Shown here: in pieces, positions 21,959 through 30,380 of the stretch | Layout of the letters: each line of letters opens with the position of its first letter | Numbering within the stretch: the stretch's first letter is position 1 | IMG/VR virus record: IMGVR_UViG_3300042191_000039 | Span: 1-38,138 of that record | DNA length: 38,138 nt | Strand: one strand, 5' to 3' | DNA from: a virus | Taxonomy: Duplodnaviria; Caudoviricetes | Position numbers and translations under genes: made by a program | The notes under the pieces: generated by a model | What the model was told of the DNA's origin: nothing | Database searches by the model: none | The model's input: the letters and a program-made list of their open reading frames with translations, nothing else

Positions 21959-22578
21959 TGGCTGCAAATCTTAGTAGTGAATGCAAGTTATGTCTGACTT
22001 GTGCTGAGACAGTCGCCAGCACGCATGTCAACGGTCGTCAAGGGTTCGTCACGACGACTGTCTCGGGCGACCCTGTTACGTCTGCACACTGCGACCGCTG
22101 TCGGTTCCTCAAGTACGTCCTCATCACGGATGGCTGCTGGCTCTGGACCGGCACCACGTATGCCATGGGCGGCAAGGCGACATACGGTCAGTTCTACTTC
22201 CGCGGCAAGCGGACCGGTGCCCACCGCGCCTCGTATCTCATGCACATCGGGCCGGTCGCTCCGGGCCTCGATGTCATGCACGAGTGCGATATCAAGCTCT
22301 GTGTCTGGCCGGAGCACCTGAGCCAAGGGACGCGGAAGAAGAACATCAACGATGCGCGGGACCGCTACGGCAACTGGTCCCCCTACGGCGAGCGGCACGG
22401 ACGATCGAAGCTGACCCAAGTCCAGGTTGACGCGATCCGGGCCGAGCTCGCGGTCGGCACCTACGGCGTCAAGGCTCGTCTCGCGCGCCAGTACGGCGTG
22501 ACCGCCGCGTCGATCAGCGCCATTGGCACTGGGAAGCACTGGGCCAAGCGGACTGAGTCCGCGGAGGCCGCCGCATGA
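21955..22578 (+). CDS. HNH endonuclease with C-terminal HTH (homing-endonuclease type); start uncertain
   Basis: GCWLWTG, YGQF, AHRASY, VMHECDIKLCVWPEHL..GT...N, GERHGRSKLT. Confidence 0.85.
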   Translation: MMAANLSSECKLCLTCAETVASTHVNGRQGFVTTTVSGDPVTSAHCDRCRFLKYVLITDGCWLWTGTTYAMGGKATYGQFYFRGKRTGAHRASYLMHIGPVAPGLDVMHECDIKLCVWPEHLSQGTRKKNINDARDRYGNWSPYGERHGRSKLTQVQVDAIRAELAVGTYGVKARLARQYGVTAASISAIGTGKHWAKRTESAEAAA

Positions 22579-22778
22579 CCCCCACCGGCCTCGCAGCCCG
22601 CCTCGCAGCCCGTCGCCCCCCTCCCCCCCCGAAGCCGGAGCTACCCAACAACGGACCAGAGCTTGCCTCGATCGACCTTCGGTCCTATTCACCGGACTAC
22701 TTCCCACCCGAGCCGAAGTTGCCGGAGTGGCGGAAGCGGCTCGTGGGGCGGGATGAGACGGGGAGGGTGATGGCGTGA
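22575..22778 (+). CDS. Hypothetical Pro-rich protein
   Basis: GGAGG RBS; 4-nt overlaps with both neighbours. Confidence 0.5.
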   Translation: MTPTGLAARLAARRPPPPPKPELPNNGPELASIDLRSYSPDYFPPEPKLPEWRKRLVGRDETGRVMA

Positions 22779-23032
22779 AGCGGCACGAGCAACACGGTGA
22801 GGTTTGGGATGGAGCCGACCGCCTTGACTCCGGGGGCTACTGCACCGTCGATCACCAGGAATGGCCGTGCGACGCCTTCGTGCTATCGGAGGCGTTGGCT
22901 CAGGTCGGAACGGAGTACGACAAGTGGAGTCGGTCGCCGAACCTGACGCTGTTCCCGGAGTCGCTGTACCAGGCCCTGCTGCGAGCCGACCGGGTGCTCG
23001 TTATCGATGACACCACACGAGTCCCGGCGTGA
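22775..23032 (+). CDS. Hypothetical protein (H..C..D...WPC motif)
   Basis: YCTVDHQEWPCDA; GTGA coupling. Confidence 0.6.
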   Translation: MKRHEQHGEVWDGADRLDSGGYCTVDHQEWPCDAFVLSEALAQVGTEYDKWSRSPNLTLFPESLYQALLRADRVLVIDDTTRVPA

Positions 23033-23133
23033 CCCGCCGCTGTATCACCCCGTCCTGTGCCCGCGAGCCTCTGCCGCACTTCGCCCACTGCGAACGTTGC
23101 CTCCGGGAGCTGTTGGCGAGGGTTTTCGCATGA
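23029..23133 (+). CDS. 34-aa Cys-rich peptide (not in the ORF track)
   Basis: MTRRCITPSCAREPLPHFAHCERCLRELLARVFA; 4-nt overlaps at both ends. Confidence 0.55.
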   Translation: MTRRCITPSCAREPLPHFAHCERCLRELLARVFA

Positions 23134-23630
23134 GCGACCTCGCCGGGATTGTGGCGCGAGACGCTGATGTGCCGTGGACCGCTGCATTGCGGCCGCTTCA
23201 GGTCACCGACGAGTTCGTTTGGACGGCGCTCTACGACCGCCGCGCCCTGCTGGCCCTGCTCCGGGAGACGCGGGACGCGCTGGCTGAGGTATGGGCCAGC
23301 ATCCCGGCTTCCTTCGATGTCGCCGACCCGATGGTCCAACGTCACAGCCGCGCGCTGATCGCACTCGGGCCGCTCCTCTCCGCTCTCGCAGCCCTCGACG
23401 AGCCGACGCCAATGAGGCCGTTGTACCTGAGCCCGAGCGAGGCCGTCGTATTGCGCCACGCGCTGATGAGCTATCGAAACCACATCGCCGAGCGCAATCG
23501 AGATGACGCGCCATATCCGATGAGCGACGGCTTCGAGCTGGCCGCAGCGGATGTACTCGTCGAACGGCTGGACATCATGAGTGAGGCCATCCTGCGGGAC
23601 GACCAGCGGACCGCGAACCCTAGGCCATGA
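23130..23630 (+). CDS. Hypothetical protein
   Basis: ATG at 23130, coupled to neighbours; helical. Confidence 0.6.
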   Translation: MSDLAGIVARDADVPWTAALRPLQVTDEFVWTALYDRRALLALLRETRDALAEVWASIPASFDVADPMVQRHSRALIALGPLLSALAALDEPTPMRPLYLSPSEAVVLRHALMSYRNHIAERNRDDAPYPMSDGFELAAADVLVERLDIMSEAILRDDQRTANPRP

Positions 23631-23746
23631 ACGACCCCTACCACTTCAGCGTGCGCGAGTACGTCATCGCCGGCGTCGCCGCCGTCATCGCCGCGCCTGT
23701 TCTGTGGCTAGTGCTGGTGGTTTTCCTGACGGCGCTGCAGCCATGA
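23627..23746 (+). CDS. 39-aa single-TM membrane protein (not in the ORF track)
   Basis: MNDPYHFSVREYVIAGVAAVIAAPVLWLVLVVFLTALQP; ATGA overlaps at both ends. Confidence 0.6.
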   Translation: MNDPYHFSVREYVIAGVAAVIAAPVLWLVLVVFLTALQP

Positions 23747-24003
23747 ACCACTTCATCCGGGTCGACGACTCCGGCCGCCACCAACCATTCAGGCTTGTCA
23801 ACGGCCGCTATTCCCTCGATGTCGGGCCGTCATTCGCCACGCCGCGCGAAGCCATGGCCTACACCGACGCCCTCAATGCCCCGGCCACGCGGCCGTCAGT
23901 CGATGACCTTGCACGGGATCTGGGGAACGTCCCGGATCGCAGGGACGCTCGACTGACGCCCGGGTCGCCGGAGTCCGCAAACCCCCTGCGTCACCGGGGC
24001 TGA
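23743..24003 (+). CDS. Hypothetical protein
   Basis: MNHFIRVDD...; ATGA coupling. Confidence 0.55.
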   Translation: MNHFIRVDDSGRHQPFRLVNGRYSLDVGPSFATPREAMAYTDALNAPATRPSVDDLARDLGNVPDRRDARLTPGSPESANPLRHRG

Positions 24004-24009
24004 CCCATT

Positions 24010-24081
24010 CGGCCCTCGCGTCGCGCCTGAACGGCGCGGGGGCCGCATTCAGGCATTCAGGCGAGATAGGAGTTCAGGCAC
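24010..24081 (+). promoter_or_regulatory. Hairpin plus three loop-complementary repeats around the RBS (element A)
   Basis: 14-bp stem, loop cgcctgaa; ttcaggc at 24048, 24056 and 24073. Confidence 0.65.
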
Positions 24082-24390
24082 ATGAGCGAGATCGAACGTA
24101 GGGTGACCGTCGATATCCACACGGACGATAAGACGGGCATGTACGAAACGACGCCGCGGGGGCGAGCTTCACGAACCTTCCCGCCCGCGGCCACCCCGCG
24201 AGAGATCGGTCTGTGGGTCGCACGGACAGCGGTTTCTCAGGTTAGAGACGCCCAGAGTTCCTACCCGCTGCCCACCGTCGAAGCCGCGGCCGCGCCGATT
24301 GATTTGGCCGCGGTCATTGCCAAGCCCGCCGATCAAGTGACGGCAGCCGAGAGCGAGGCTTTCGACTCGACTGACGACATCCCGTTCTAA
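24082..24390 (+). CDS. Hypothetical protein with SSB-like acidic tail (DDIPF)
   Basis: AGGAG RBS; ends FDSTDDIPF. Confidence 0.7.
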   Translation: MSEIERRVTVDIHTDDKTGMYETTPRGRASRTFPPAATPREIGLWVARTAVSQVRDAQSSYPLPTVEAAAAPIDLAAVIAKPADQVTAAESEAFDSTDDIPF

Positions 24391-24397
24391 CCCCCTA

Positions 24398-24468
24398 CCC
24401 GGCGGCGGCTGCCCGTGTCGTCGCCGGGGTTCGTACTCAACGGGCAACGGGCAATAGGAGAACGGGCA
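24398..24468 (+). promoter_or_regulatory. Hairpin plus three loop-complementary repeats around the RBS (element B)
   Basis: 12-bp stem, loop tgcccgt; acgggca at 24440, 24447 and 24462. Confidence 0.65.
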
Positions 24469-24678
24469 ATGAGGTTCGTATTCACAGTCGAGGTCGAGTT
24501 GGACAGGGACGCTGGGCCGTTCGCGTCCAAGGACGAGCTAGCCGACGAACTGATTGAGGCCATCGAAGGCGCCGATCCCAGTCAGGTCGATATCGACGAG
24601 TCCAGCTACAGCGTCAGTGACTGGTCCGTCTCCCGTGACACCGAGGCCGAGAAGCCACGGAAGCGGGTTCCCGCATGA
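24469..24678 (+). CDS. Small acidic hypothetical protein
   Basis: AGGAG RBS, ATG at 24469; MRFVFTVEVELDRDAGPFASKDEL. Confidence 0.7.
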   Translation: MRFVFTVEVELDRDAGPFASKDELADELIEAIEGADPSQVDIDESSYSVSDWSVSRDTEAEKPRKRVPA

Positions 24679-25049
24679 CCCCCACCATCGCCCAAGCCAT
24701 CGCCGTCACCCTCGAAGCTCGCGCACATCAGCTTTGGGAACAGGAGGTACGCGACCGCCGCTGGATGCGTGCCGACTGGACACCGGCCCGCCACAACCGC
24801 GTGATGCTTCTGCGCGAGCTGCTGGCGATCAGGCGGACGGCGCGGCGGCTGGCGCGGGAGACGGTCGAACGGCAGGACCCGTTGACGGCTGCGAAGGCGT
24901 ACGCGGACCTCGGCTATCACGCGGCTCAGGCGGCGTATGAACCCGCCGCCGGTCCGATTACCGAGGCCGAACTGTGGGGTGGGTACGGCGCTAGCCGGAT
25001 TGCCGGGGAGTCTCCTGACCTGAACCGCGAATGCGAGCCGACGTGGTAG
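24675..25049 (+). CDS. Hypothetical protein
   Basis: ATGA coupling; high GC at third codon positions. Confidence 0.6.
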   Translation: MTPTIAQAIAVTLEARAHQLWEQEVRDRRWMRADWTPARHNRVMLLRELLAIRRTARRLARETVERQDPLTAAKAYADLGYHAAQAAYEPAAGPITEAELWGGYGASRIAGESPDLNRECEPTW

Positions 25050-25393
25050 CCGTGGCATGGGTCTGCTCGGAATGCGGTGGCGAACAGGCTGCCCCAATCG
25101 AGGCTCGGCCGTCGATTGACGACAGGTACGCCGTCGGCTACTGCATCCGATGCTCGCCGATCCCGATGATAGACCCGAACGACCACACGAAGACCAAGCC
25201 CCTGAATCGCAAGACGGTACAGCTTGTGCGATCAGACGTGTGGGACCTAGCCGTACTCGAACGCCGTCGGCAACTGGCTCGACAACGCCGGCTGTTCAAC
25301 GGCAAGCGGCTTGACGATAAGGACGATGCCGAGCGGCTGGAGCTCCGGCGGCGCTGGGATCGAGAAGCCGCAGAACGCCGGCGGCCGGCATGA
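25043..25393 (+). CDS. Zinc-ribbon hypothetical protein
   Basis: WVCSECGG...YCIRCSP. Confidence 0.55.
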   Translation: MVAVAWVCSECGGEQAAPIEARPSIDDRYAVGYCIRCSPIPMIDPNDHTKTKPLNRKTVQLVRSDVWDLAVLERRRQLARQRRLFNGKRLDDKDDAERLELRRRWDREAAERRRPA

Positions 25394-25593
25394 CCGTGAT
25401 CCGTCGCAACGCCGTGACGTGGGTCGCCTACAAGGACGGCCTCGCCCACGCCCGGCGCGGACTCGCGCCGCGGACGCTGTGCGGCGCCGTGCCGACCCCC
25501 GACCGCTACGCCTGGCCGATCCGCGAGATGTGCGGAGTCTGTCGGGCACTCGAGGCGGGGCTCAAGGCTGAACGTCGAACTGGTGCTGCCTGA
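25390..25593 (+). CDS. Small zinc-binding protein (H..TLCG..CxxC)
   Basis: AHARR..RTLCG..MCGVC; same motif at 35724-35915. Confidence 0.55.
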   Translation: MTVIRRNAVTWVAYKDGLAHARRGLAPRTLCGAVPTPDRYAWPIREMCGVCRALEAGLKAERRTGAA

Positions 25594-26234
25594 TGCCGCC
25601 ATTGACGCCACGCAACAGGGAAATCCGCGCCGAAAATGTGACCGCCTCCGAGGTCGGCGCGCTGCTCGCGGAGCACCCGTACACCGATCCGGCTGGCATC
25701 TGGGACCGCCTGCTCAACCCGTTCGCGCCGACCGAAGCGCCGAGCGAGGCGATGGAAACCGGCAGTTTCATGGAGCCGGCGATCGCCGCCCTGGCTGCGC
25801 GCCGGCTGGATCTGCGGATCCGCGCTAACTCCAAGACCTACGTCCACCCCAAGGTTCGACTGTCGGCGACCCCCGACTACTTGGTCATCGCCCAACCACC
25901 GGGCCTGCTCGAGATCAAGATGTCCGGCCGCCCCGAGATGTGGCCCTATCGCGGCTCGATGCCTGCCCATGTCGAATGGCAGGTCCGGGCGCAGATGGCT
26001 TGTGCGCGGCGCTACACGGCGGCCGTGTGTGTCCTGGTCGGTGTGGGGCTCCGCACCTTCCTCATTGAACGTGAGCTCGACAAGGAGGCCGAGATGCTCG
26101 CGGCAGTCGAACGCTTCTGGGTTGACCACGTTGTCACCCGGATCAGGCCCGGCGCGAGTAGTCCGTGGCCGTCCATTCCGACATTCAGCTTTGAGGCTGA
26201 CCCGGCGATCCGGGAGAAAGAGGCAATCGCATGA
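25593..26234 (+). CDS. YqaJ / lambda-exonuclease family nuclease
   Basis: VTASEVGALL, AMETGSFMEP, LSATPDY, LLEIK, WQVRAQM. Confidence 0.9.
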   Translation: MPPLTPRNREIRAENVTASEVGALLAEHPYTDPAGIWDRLLNPFAPTEAPSEAMETGSFMEPAIAALAARRLDLRIRANSKTYVHPKVRLSATPDYLVIAQPPGLLEIKMSGRPEMWPYRGSMPAHVEWQVRAQMACARRYTAAVCVLVGVGLRTFLIERELDKEAEMLAAVERFWVDHVVTRIRPGASSPWPSIPTFSFEADPAIREKEAIA

Positions 26235-26734
26235 GCGACGAGTACGAGATCCCGGTCGGAGATACCGGCCACGAGACAGGCACCTTCCTGATGACACTGA
26301 CGGCGCTCAAGCCGTTCACCCTGTACGAGACGACGAAGGGCTGGACGCGGGAGAAGCCCGAGGACGGCAACGTCGTCGAGGCGTACAACAAGATCGAGTG
26401 GGTATTCGCCGACGAATATGGCGAGTACGGCAACGGCACCACGAGCACCGCCCGGAGCGAACGCTCGACGCTATTCGCCTGGGCCACAGGGCTCGGGATG
26501 CCCGCCCCGGTGGTGCTTGACCGAAGCAAGCCGATTCCGGCATCGCAGTTGGTCGGGCGCGAGGCGATGGTCACGTTTGCGGCCGACAAGAACGGCTACA
26601 GTCGGATCACGAGCGTCGTGCCGGCCCCGAAGGCACGGGTCGCAGCGCCGGCAGCACAGCCGGGTGAGTTCAGCGGAGCGCCTGCAACTCCAGCAATGAC
26701 CGCACCGGGCGCCAGCAACGACCTTCCCTTCTAG
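26231..26734 (+). CDS. Putative ssDNA-binding/annealing protein
   Basis: Follows the exonuclease; beta-rich core, QLVGREAMVT, Ala/Pro linker, SNDLPF tail. Confidence 0.6.
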   Translation: MSDEYEIPVGDTGHETGTFLMTLTALKPFTLYETTKGWTREKPEDGNVVEAYNKIEWVFADEYGEYGNGTTSTARSERSTLFAWATGLGMPAPVVLDRSKPIPASQLVGREAMVTFAADKNGYSRITSVVPAPKARVAAPAAQPGEFSGAPATPAMTAPGASNDLPF

Positions 26735-26758
26735 GCCAATGCAGCACCCACGGGCCGC

Positions 26759-28849
26759 ATGGAAGCGGTGATGGCGACGGCCAGTGCCGTTCGCCCATCG
26801 CCGGAGGACCGCATCCGTGCGGCCCTGTGGTTCGCCGAGCAAGGCTTCGGCGTGTTCACGGTGTGGAGTACGACCGCCGAAGGCGTGTGTCGTTGTCCCC
26901 TCGGCAAGCCGTGCGACAACGCCGGCAAACACCCGATCACGATCAACGGGTTCAAGGATGCGACACAGGACCCACAGCGGATCCGCACGCTGCTGTCGGC
27001 CGGGTCTGAGCCCAACTACGGGCTCGTGCCGCCCGATGGTGTGTTCGCTCTCGACGTTGACGGTACCGGCATCGAACGCCTGGCCGAGCTCCAAGCAAAG
27101 CATGGCCCGTTACCCGACACGCTCCTGACCAAGACCGCCAACGGCGAACACATCTTCCTGCGCTGGCCAGCCGAGCTACCACGCCCGATTGGGCAGCTCT
27201 GGGGCTTCGTCACTCGATGGGGATCAGGCAAGGGAGCCGGCTACGTCATCGGCCCCCGATCGGTCCATGCCTCCGGCGCCGTCTATGCACCCGGCACGAG
27301 CTTCGAGATCGCGGACCTGCCCGACGCCTGGGCTCAGTCGGTCATCGCAGCCCCCGAGCAAGCTGACGGTGAGTACGAGATCCCGGCCGGTGGTTACCAG
27401 CTCCCCGACTACGGTTACCAGGGCAGTCGGTACAACGAGATCCTGCGCTACATCGCCTCACGCTACATGCGTGGCATCTCGGTCGACGAGATCTGGGCTG
27501 GCGTGCTGTCCGTGCTCGCGCCCCGGTTCGAGGAGCCGCTCAGCCAACCCGATCTGCGGAACCGCTTCGATCGGGCATGGGCCGAGACGCCTGAGCGGCT
27601 GGGCAAGCCCGAGGCAGCACCCGCGATCGAGATCGCCAGTGTCCCCGCCAATGCCGTCGCCGTAGCGCTACCCGAGTGGCCGGCTGAGCCTGACGCTGCA
27701 GCGTACCACGGCGTGCTAGGCGAGATCGTCCACGCCGTGGTGCCGATGACCGAGGCCGACCCTGTTGCCATTCTGGGTAGTCTGCTAGCCGCCACGGGCG
27801 CGTGCATGGGTCACATGCGAACGATCTACCAGGGCTCGACTCAGGCGGCCAACCTGTTCGTCGCGCTGGTGGGCGACAGCTCTACCGGGCGCAAGGGCAC
27901 CGCCGCGTCCATTGCGCGCGACGTGATGACGGCGGCCTATCCCGACTGGCAGAACCTCATCGTGGCAGGACTGGGATCCGGCGAGGGACTGATCGGGCAT
28001 CTCAAGCGCGTCGAGGAGACCGAGCATCGGGCGCTGGTTCTCGAGTCGGAGTTCGGTCGCCTGCTCACCGTCATGGCCCGCGAGGGATCAACCCTGTCGC
28101 CAGTCGTGCGCGATGCCTGGGATGGTGTGCCGATGGGGCGCTTCCTCGCCCGCGAGCAATCGCTGGTGACATGGCATCACGTCTCGATCGCTGCCCATGT
28201 GACCAGCATCGAACTGCAATCGAAACTGACCAGCACCGATGCGGCCAACGGCTTCGGCAACCGATTCCTGTGGTTGGCCGTGCGCCGGACGAAGCTCGTG
28301 CCATTCCCCGAGTCACCGAAGGCGCTCGTGACACCGTACCTCGACAGCCTGTACCGCGCGATCGAAGAGGCGCAGACCGCCTGCGAGATCAAGCTGAGTT
28401 CAGCCGCTGCGGAACGGTGGGAGACGCTCTATGCAGCCTCCGCAACCCGCCAGCGACCGGGGATGCTGGGCGCGATGCTCGCTCGAGCGGAGGCGCAGAT
28501 CATCCGGCTGGCGCTCCTCTACGCCCTGCTCGATCGCTCGACAGAAGTGGGCGCCCAGCATCTAGAGGCCGCCGAGGCACTGTGGTCGTACGCCGAGCGA
28601 AGCGTAGTCCACATCTTCGGGATCTCGACTGGCGATCGCCACGCTGATGCCCTCCGGGAGTACCTGCGGGAAGGTGCCCTGGAGTGGGAATCAGCCAAGC
28701 GTGCGCTGGGTCTGCGGTCTGCCGCTGACCTATCCGATGCCGTAGCGGTGCTGGTTTCACTAGGCATCGCAGAGGTTGTCACTGCGCCGCGTGACGGTGG
28801 CGGGCGTCCGCGGCGGGTTGTTCGATTGACAGGAAAGGGGCCTACATGA
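26759..28849 (+). CDS. Bifunctional primase-polymerase fused to a DUF3987-like helicase/ATPase
   Basis: CRCP..C..AGKHP, GFKDAT, PNYG, ALDVD, TANGEHIFL, GYVIGPRSVHASG; C-terminal LVGDSSTGRKGT, GSGEGL, NGFGNRFLW. Confidence 0.9.
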   Translation: MEAVMATASAVRPSPEDRIRAALWFAEQGFGVFTVWSTTAEGVCRCPLGKPCDNAGKHPITINGFKDATQDPQRIRTLLSAGSEPNYGLVPPDGVFALDVDGTGIERLAELQAKHGPLPDTLLTKTANGEHIFLRWPAELPRPIGQLWGFVTRWGSGKGAGYVIGPRSVHASGAVYAPGTSFEIADLPDAWAQSVIAAPEQADGEYEIPAGGYQLPDYGYQGSRYNEILRYIASRYMRGISVDEIWAGVLSVLAPRFEEPLSQPDLRNRFDRAWAETPERLGKPEAAPAIEIASVPANAVAVALPEWPAEPDAAAYHGVLGEIVHAVVPMTEADPVAILGSLLAATGACMGHMRTIYQGSTQAANLFVALVGDSSTGRKGTAASIARDVMTAAYPDWQNLIVAGLGSGEGLIGHLKRVEETEHRALVLESEFGRLLTVMAREGSTLSPVVRDAWDGVPMGRFLAREQSLVTWHHVSIAAHVTSIELQSKLTSTDAANGFGNRFLWLAVRRTKLVPFPESPKALVTPYLDSLYRAIEEAQTACEIKLSSAAAERWETLYAASATRQRPGMLGAMLARAEAQIIRLALLYALLDRSTEVGAQHLEAAEALWSYAERSVVHIFGISTGDRHADALREYLREGALEWESAKRALGLRSAADLSDAVAVLVSLGIAEVVTAPRDGGGRPRRVVRLTGKGPT

Positions 28850-28856
28850 CTTGGCT

Positions 28857-29030
28857 GTGCTTTGCAGGGTTTGCTTTTCGAGAGGGGGCTAACCATGCAA
28901 ACAATGCAGAAAACGCATACCCCGCGCAGCGAAAAGGCTGCGCGCCTAGTACGTGCTTTGCATGGTTAGGTGCTTCCTGCGGACTCTTACGCGGGGTATC
29001 CGTTTTTTGCATTGTTTGCATGGTTAGCCC
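28857..29030. repeat. 41-bp inverted repeat with iterated TTTGCA/ATGGTTAG motifs; origin of replication candidate
   Basis: 28886-28926 matches 28990-29030 as a reverse complement at 39/41; AT-rich; directly after the primase-helicase. Confidence 0.75.
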
Positions 29031-29048
29031 TGTCGATGGAGTCAGGGC

Positions 29049-29513
29049 ATGACCCGGGTCCTCGCCATTGATCCGGGTTCCGAGCGGTCCGCGTGGCTGT
29101 TGTGGGCTGGCCGTGTTGAAGCGTTCAGCATCTTGGACAACACCGACCTGCTGGACGCAGTCCGCCACCACCGTTCGGCAGCCGATGTCGTCGTCATCGA
29201 GCAGATCGAGTCATACGGCATGGCGGTCGGCCGCGAAGTCTTCGCTACCGTCCACTGGGCTGGCCGGTTTACCGAGGCCGCCTACCCGACCCCCGTCGTC
29301 CAACTCCCGCGCCGGGCCGTCAAGCTCGCTATCTGCGGCGACACTCGAGCTCGAGACGCGAACATCCGCCAGGCGCTGCTCGATCGGTTCGGCGGCAAGG
29401 ATGCAGCCGTTGGCTGGAAGGCGGCGCCTGGCCCGCTGTACGGGATCAGCAAGGATGTCTGGTCGGCGCTGGCGATCGCGGTCACCTACGCGGACAGCGA
29501 GGCGGCGGCATGA
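29049..29513 (+). CDS. RuvC-like Holliday junction resolvase
   Basis: VLAIDPG, VVVIE, VKLAICG, DVWSALAIA. Confidence 0.8.
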   Translation: MTRVLAIDPGSERSAWLLWAGRVEAFSILDNTDLLDAVRHHRSAADVVVIEQIESYGMAVGREVFATVHWAGRFTEAAYPTPVVQLPRRAVKLAICGDTRARDANIRQALLDRFGGKDAAVGWKAAPGPLYGISKDVWSALAIAVTYADSEAAA

Positions 29514-29704
29514 GCCGGACCGTCACCGGCTACCTCAACGGCCGGCCCCTCTATCGCGACGACGGACCCGCGGTCGCCCGCCGGCAGGGCTTCGGCGGAT
29601 CCGCGATGGGCTGGTTCAGCGGGACGGTTGTCACTTGTGACGACAGGCCGGCAGCGGCTACTGCAGCAGCCGTTGGCCCGCCGGCCGGCCACTCCGGCTT
29701 GTGA
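29510..29704 (+). CDS. Hypothetical protein
   Basis: GAGG RBS, ATGA coupling. Confidence 0.4.
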   Translation: MSRTVTGYLNGRPLYRDDGPAVARRQGFGGSAMGWFSGTVVTCDDRPAAATAAAVGPPAGHSGL

Positions 29705-29733
29705 GGACCGTGTATTCACCAGGAGGGAACCCC

Positions 29734-29970
29734 GTGAGTGAGCCGCGAACGAAAACCGGCCAACGATTGGATCTGGCATGGCCGTCGACGATGGACCGTC
29801 TGGAATGGCGAGCCGCCATCGTCGCCATTGAGGATGAGACATTGGCCTTGTCGCAGGAAGTAGCTCGTGACGCGCTCGGGCTGCTCGATGCCGCGCGACG
29901 TGCCAACGTTCGATTGGCTCCTACGGAAGCTAGGGACCTCGCGGCGGCTCTCCGTGAGTCCGTCCGATGA
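29734..29970 (+). CDS. Hypothetical protein
   Basis: AGGAGG RBS, GTG at 29734 (MSEPRTKTGQRL). Confidence 0.6.
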   Translation: MSEPRTKTGQRLDLAWPSTMDRLEWRAAIVAIEDETLALSQEVARDALGLLDAARRANVRLAPTEARDLAAALRESVR

Positions 29971-30380
29971 CTCCCCTACCCCACCCCACACCGGAGCCGC
30001 TGAGCGAAGAGGAGCTAGACCGGCTGGAGGAGCTGGCCCGCGCCGCCGCGACGCTTCGGTACGGACGCGACATGGTGACATGGCTGCGCGAAAGCAATGT
30101 CCCGGAAGCATTCGTAATGGCTCTCTCCCCCGACGTAGTCCTCCGCCTGATCGCGGCAGCACGCCGAGAGACGGGGCTGGACGAGGCGTGGGCGGAAGCG
30201 GAAGCGGCGTTGCCGAAAGGGTGGGAGCTTTTCATTAGGCGTGTCGATGCCAAGTGGAGCGCCATCGCAGATGAGCCGTGGCGGGGATTCCTAGTTCCAC
30301 GAACGCAGCATCAGACCTACGAGCCGACCCCCGCCGCCGCCCTTCACGCTCTCGCCACCGCTCTCCGGGAAGCACCGTGA
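29967..30380 (+). CDS. Hypothetical protein
   Basis: Coupled ORF; LSEEELDRLEELARAAT..ALSPDVVLRLI. Confidence 0.6.
   Translation: MTPLPHPTPEPLSEEELDRLEELARAAATLRYGRDMVTWLRESNVPEAFVMALSPDVVLRLIAAARRETGLDEAWAEAEAALPKGWELFIRRVDAKWSAIADEPWRGFLVPRTQHQTYEPTPAAALHALATALREAP

Noticed and set aside
24048-24468. Short repeats as a possible mini-CRISPR array
   Set aside because: Units are only 7-8 nt, there are no spacer-sized intervals and no cas genes
28842-29171. ORFs on both strands across the inverted repeat (28846-29052 +, 28842-29171 -)
   Set aside because: Atypical composition; the translations mirror the palindrome, so a non-coding origin is the better explanation
29644-29700. GC-rich hairpin near the end of ORF 29510-29704 as another leader element
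   Set aside because: No loop complementarity to the downstream RBS found; plausible by chance at this GC content
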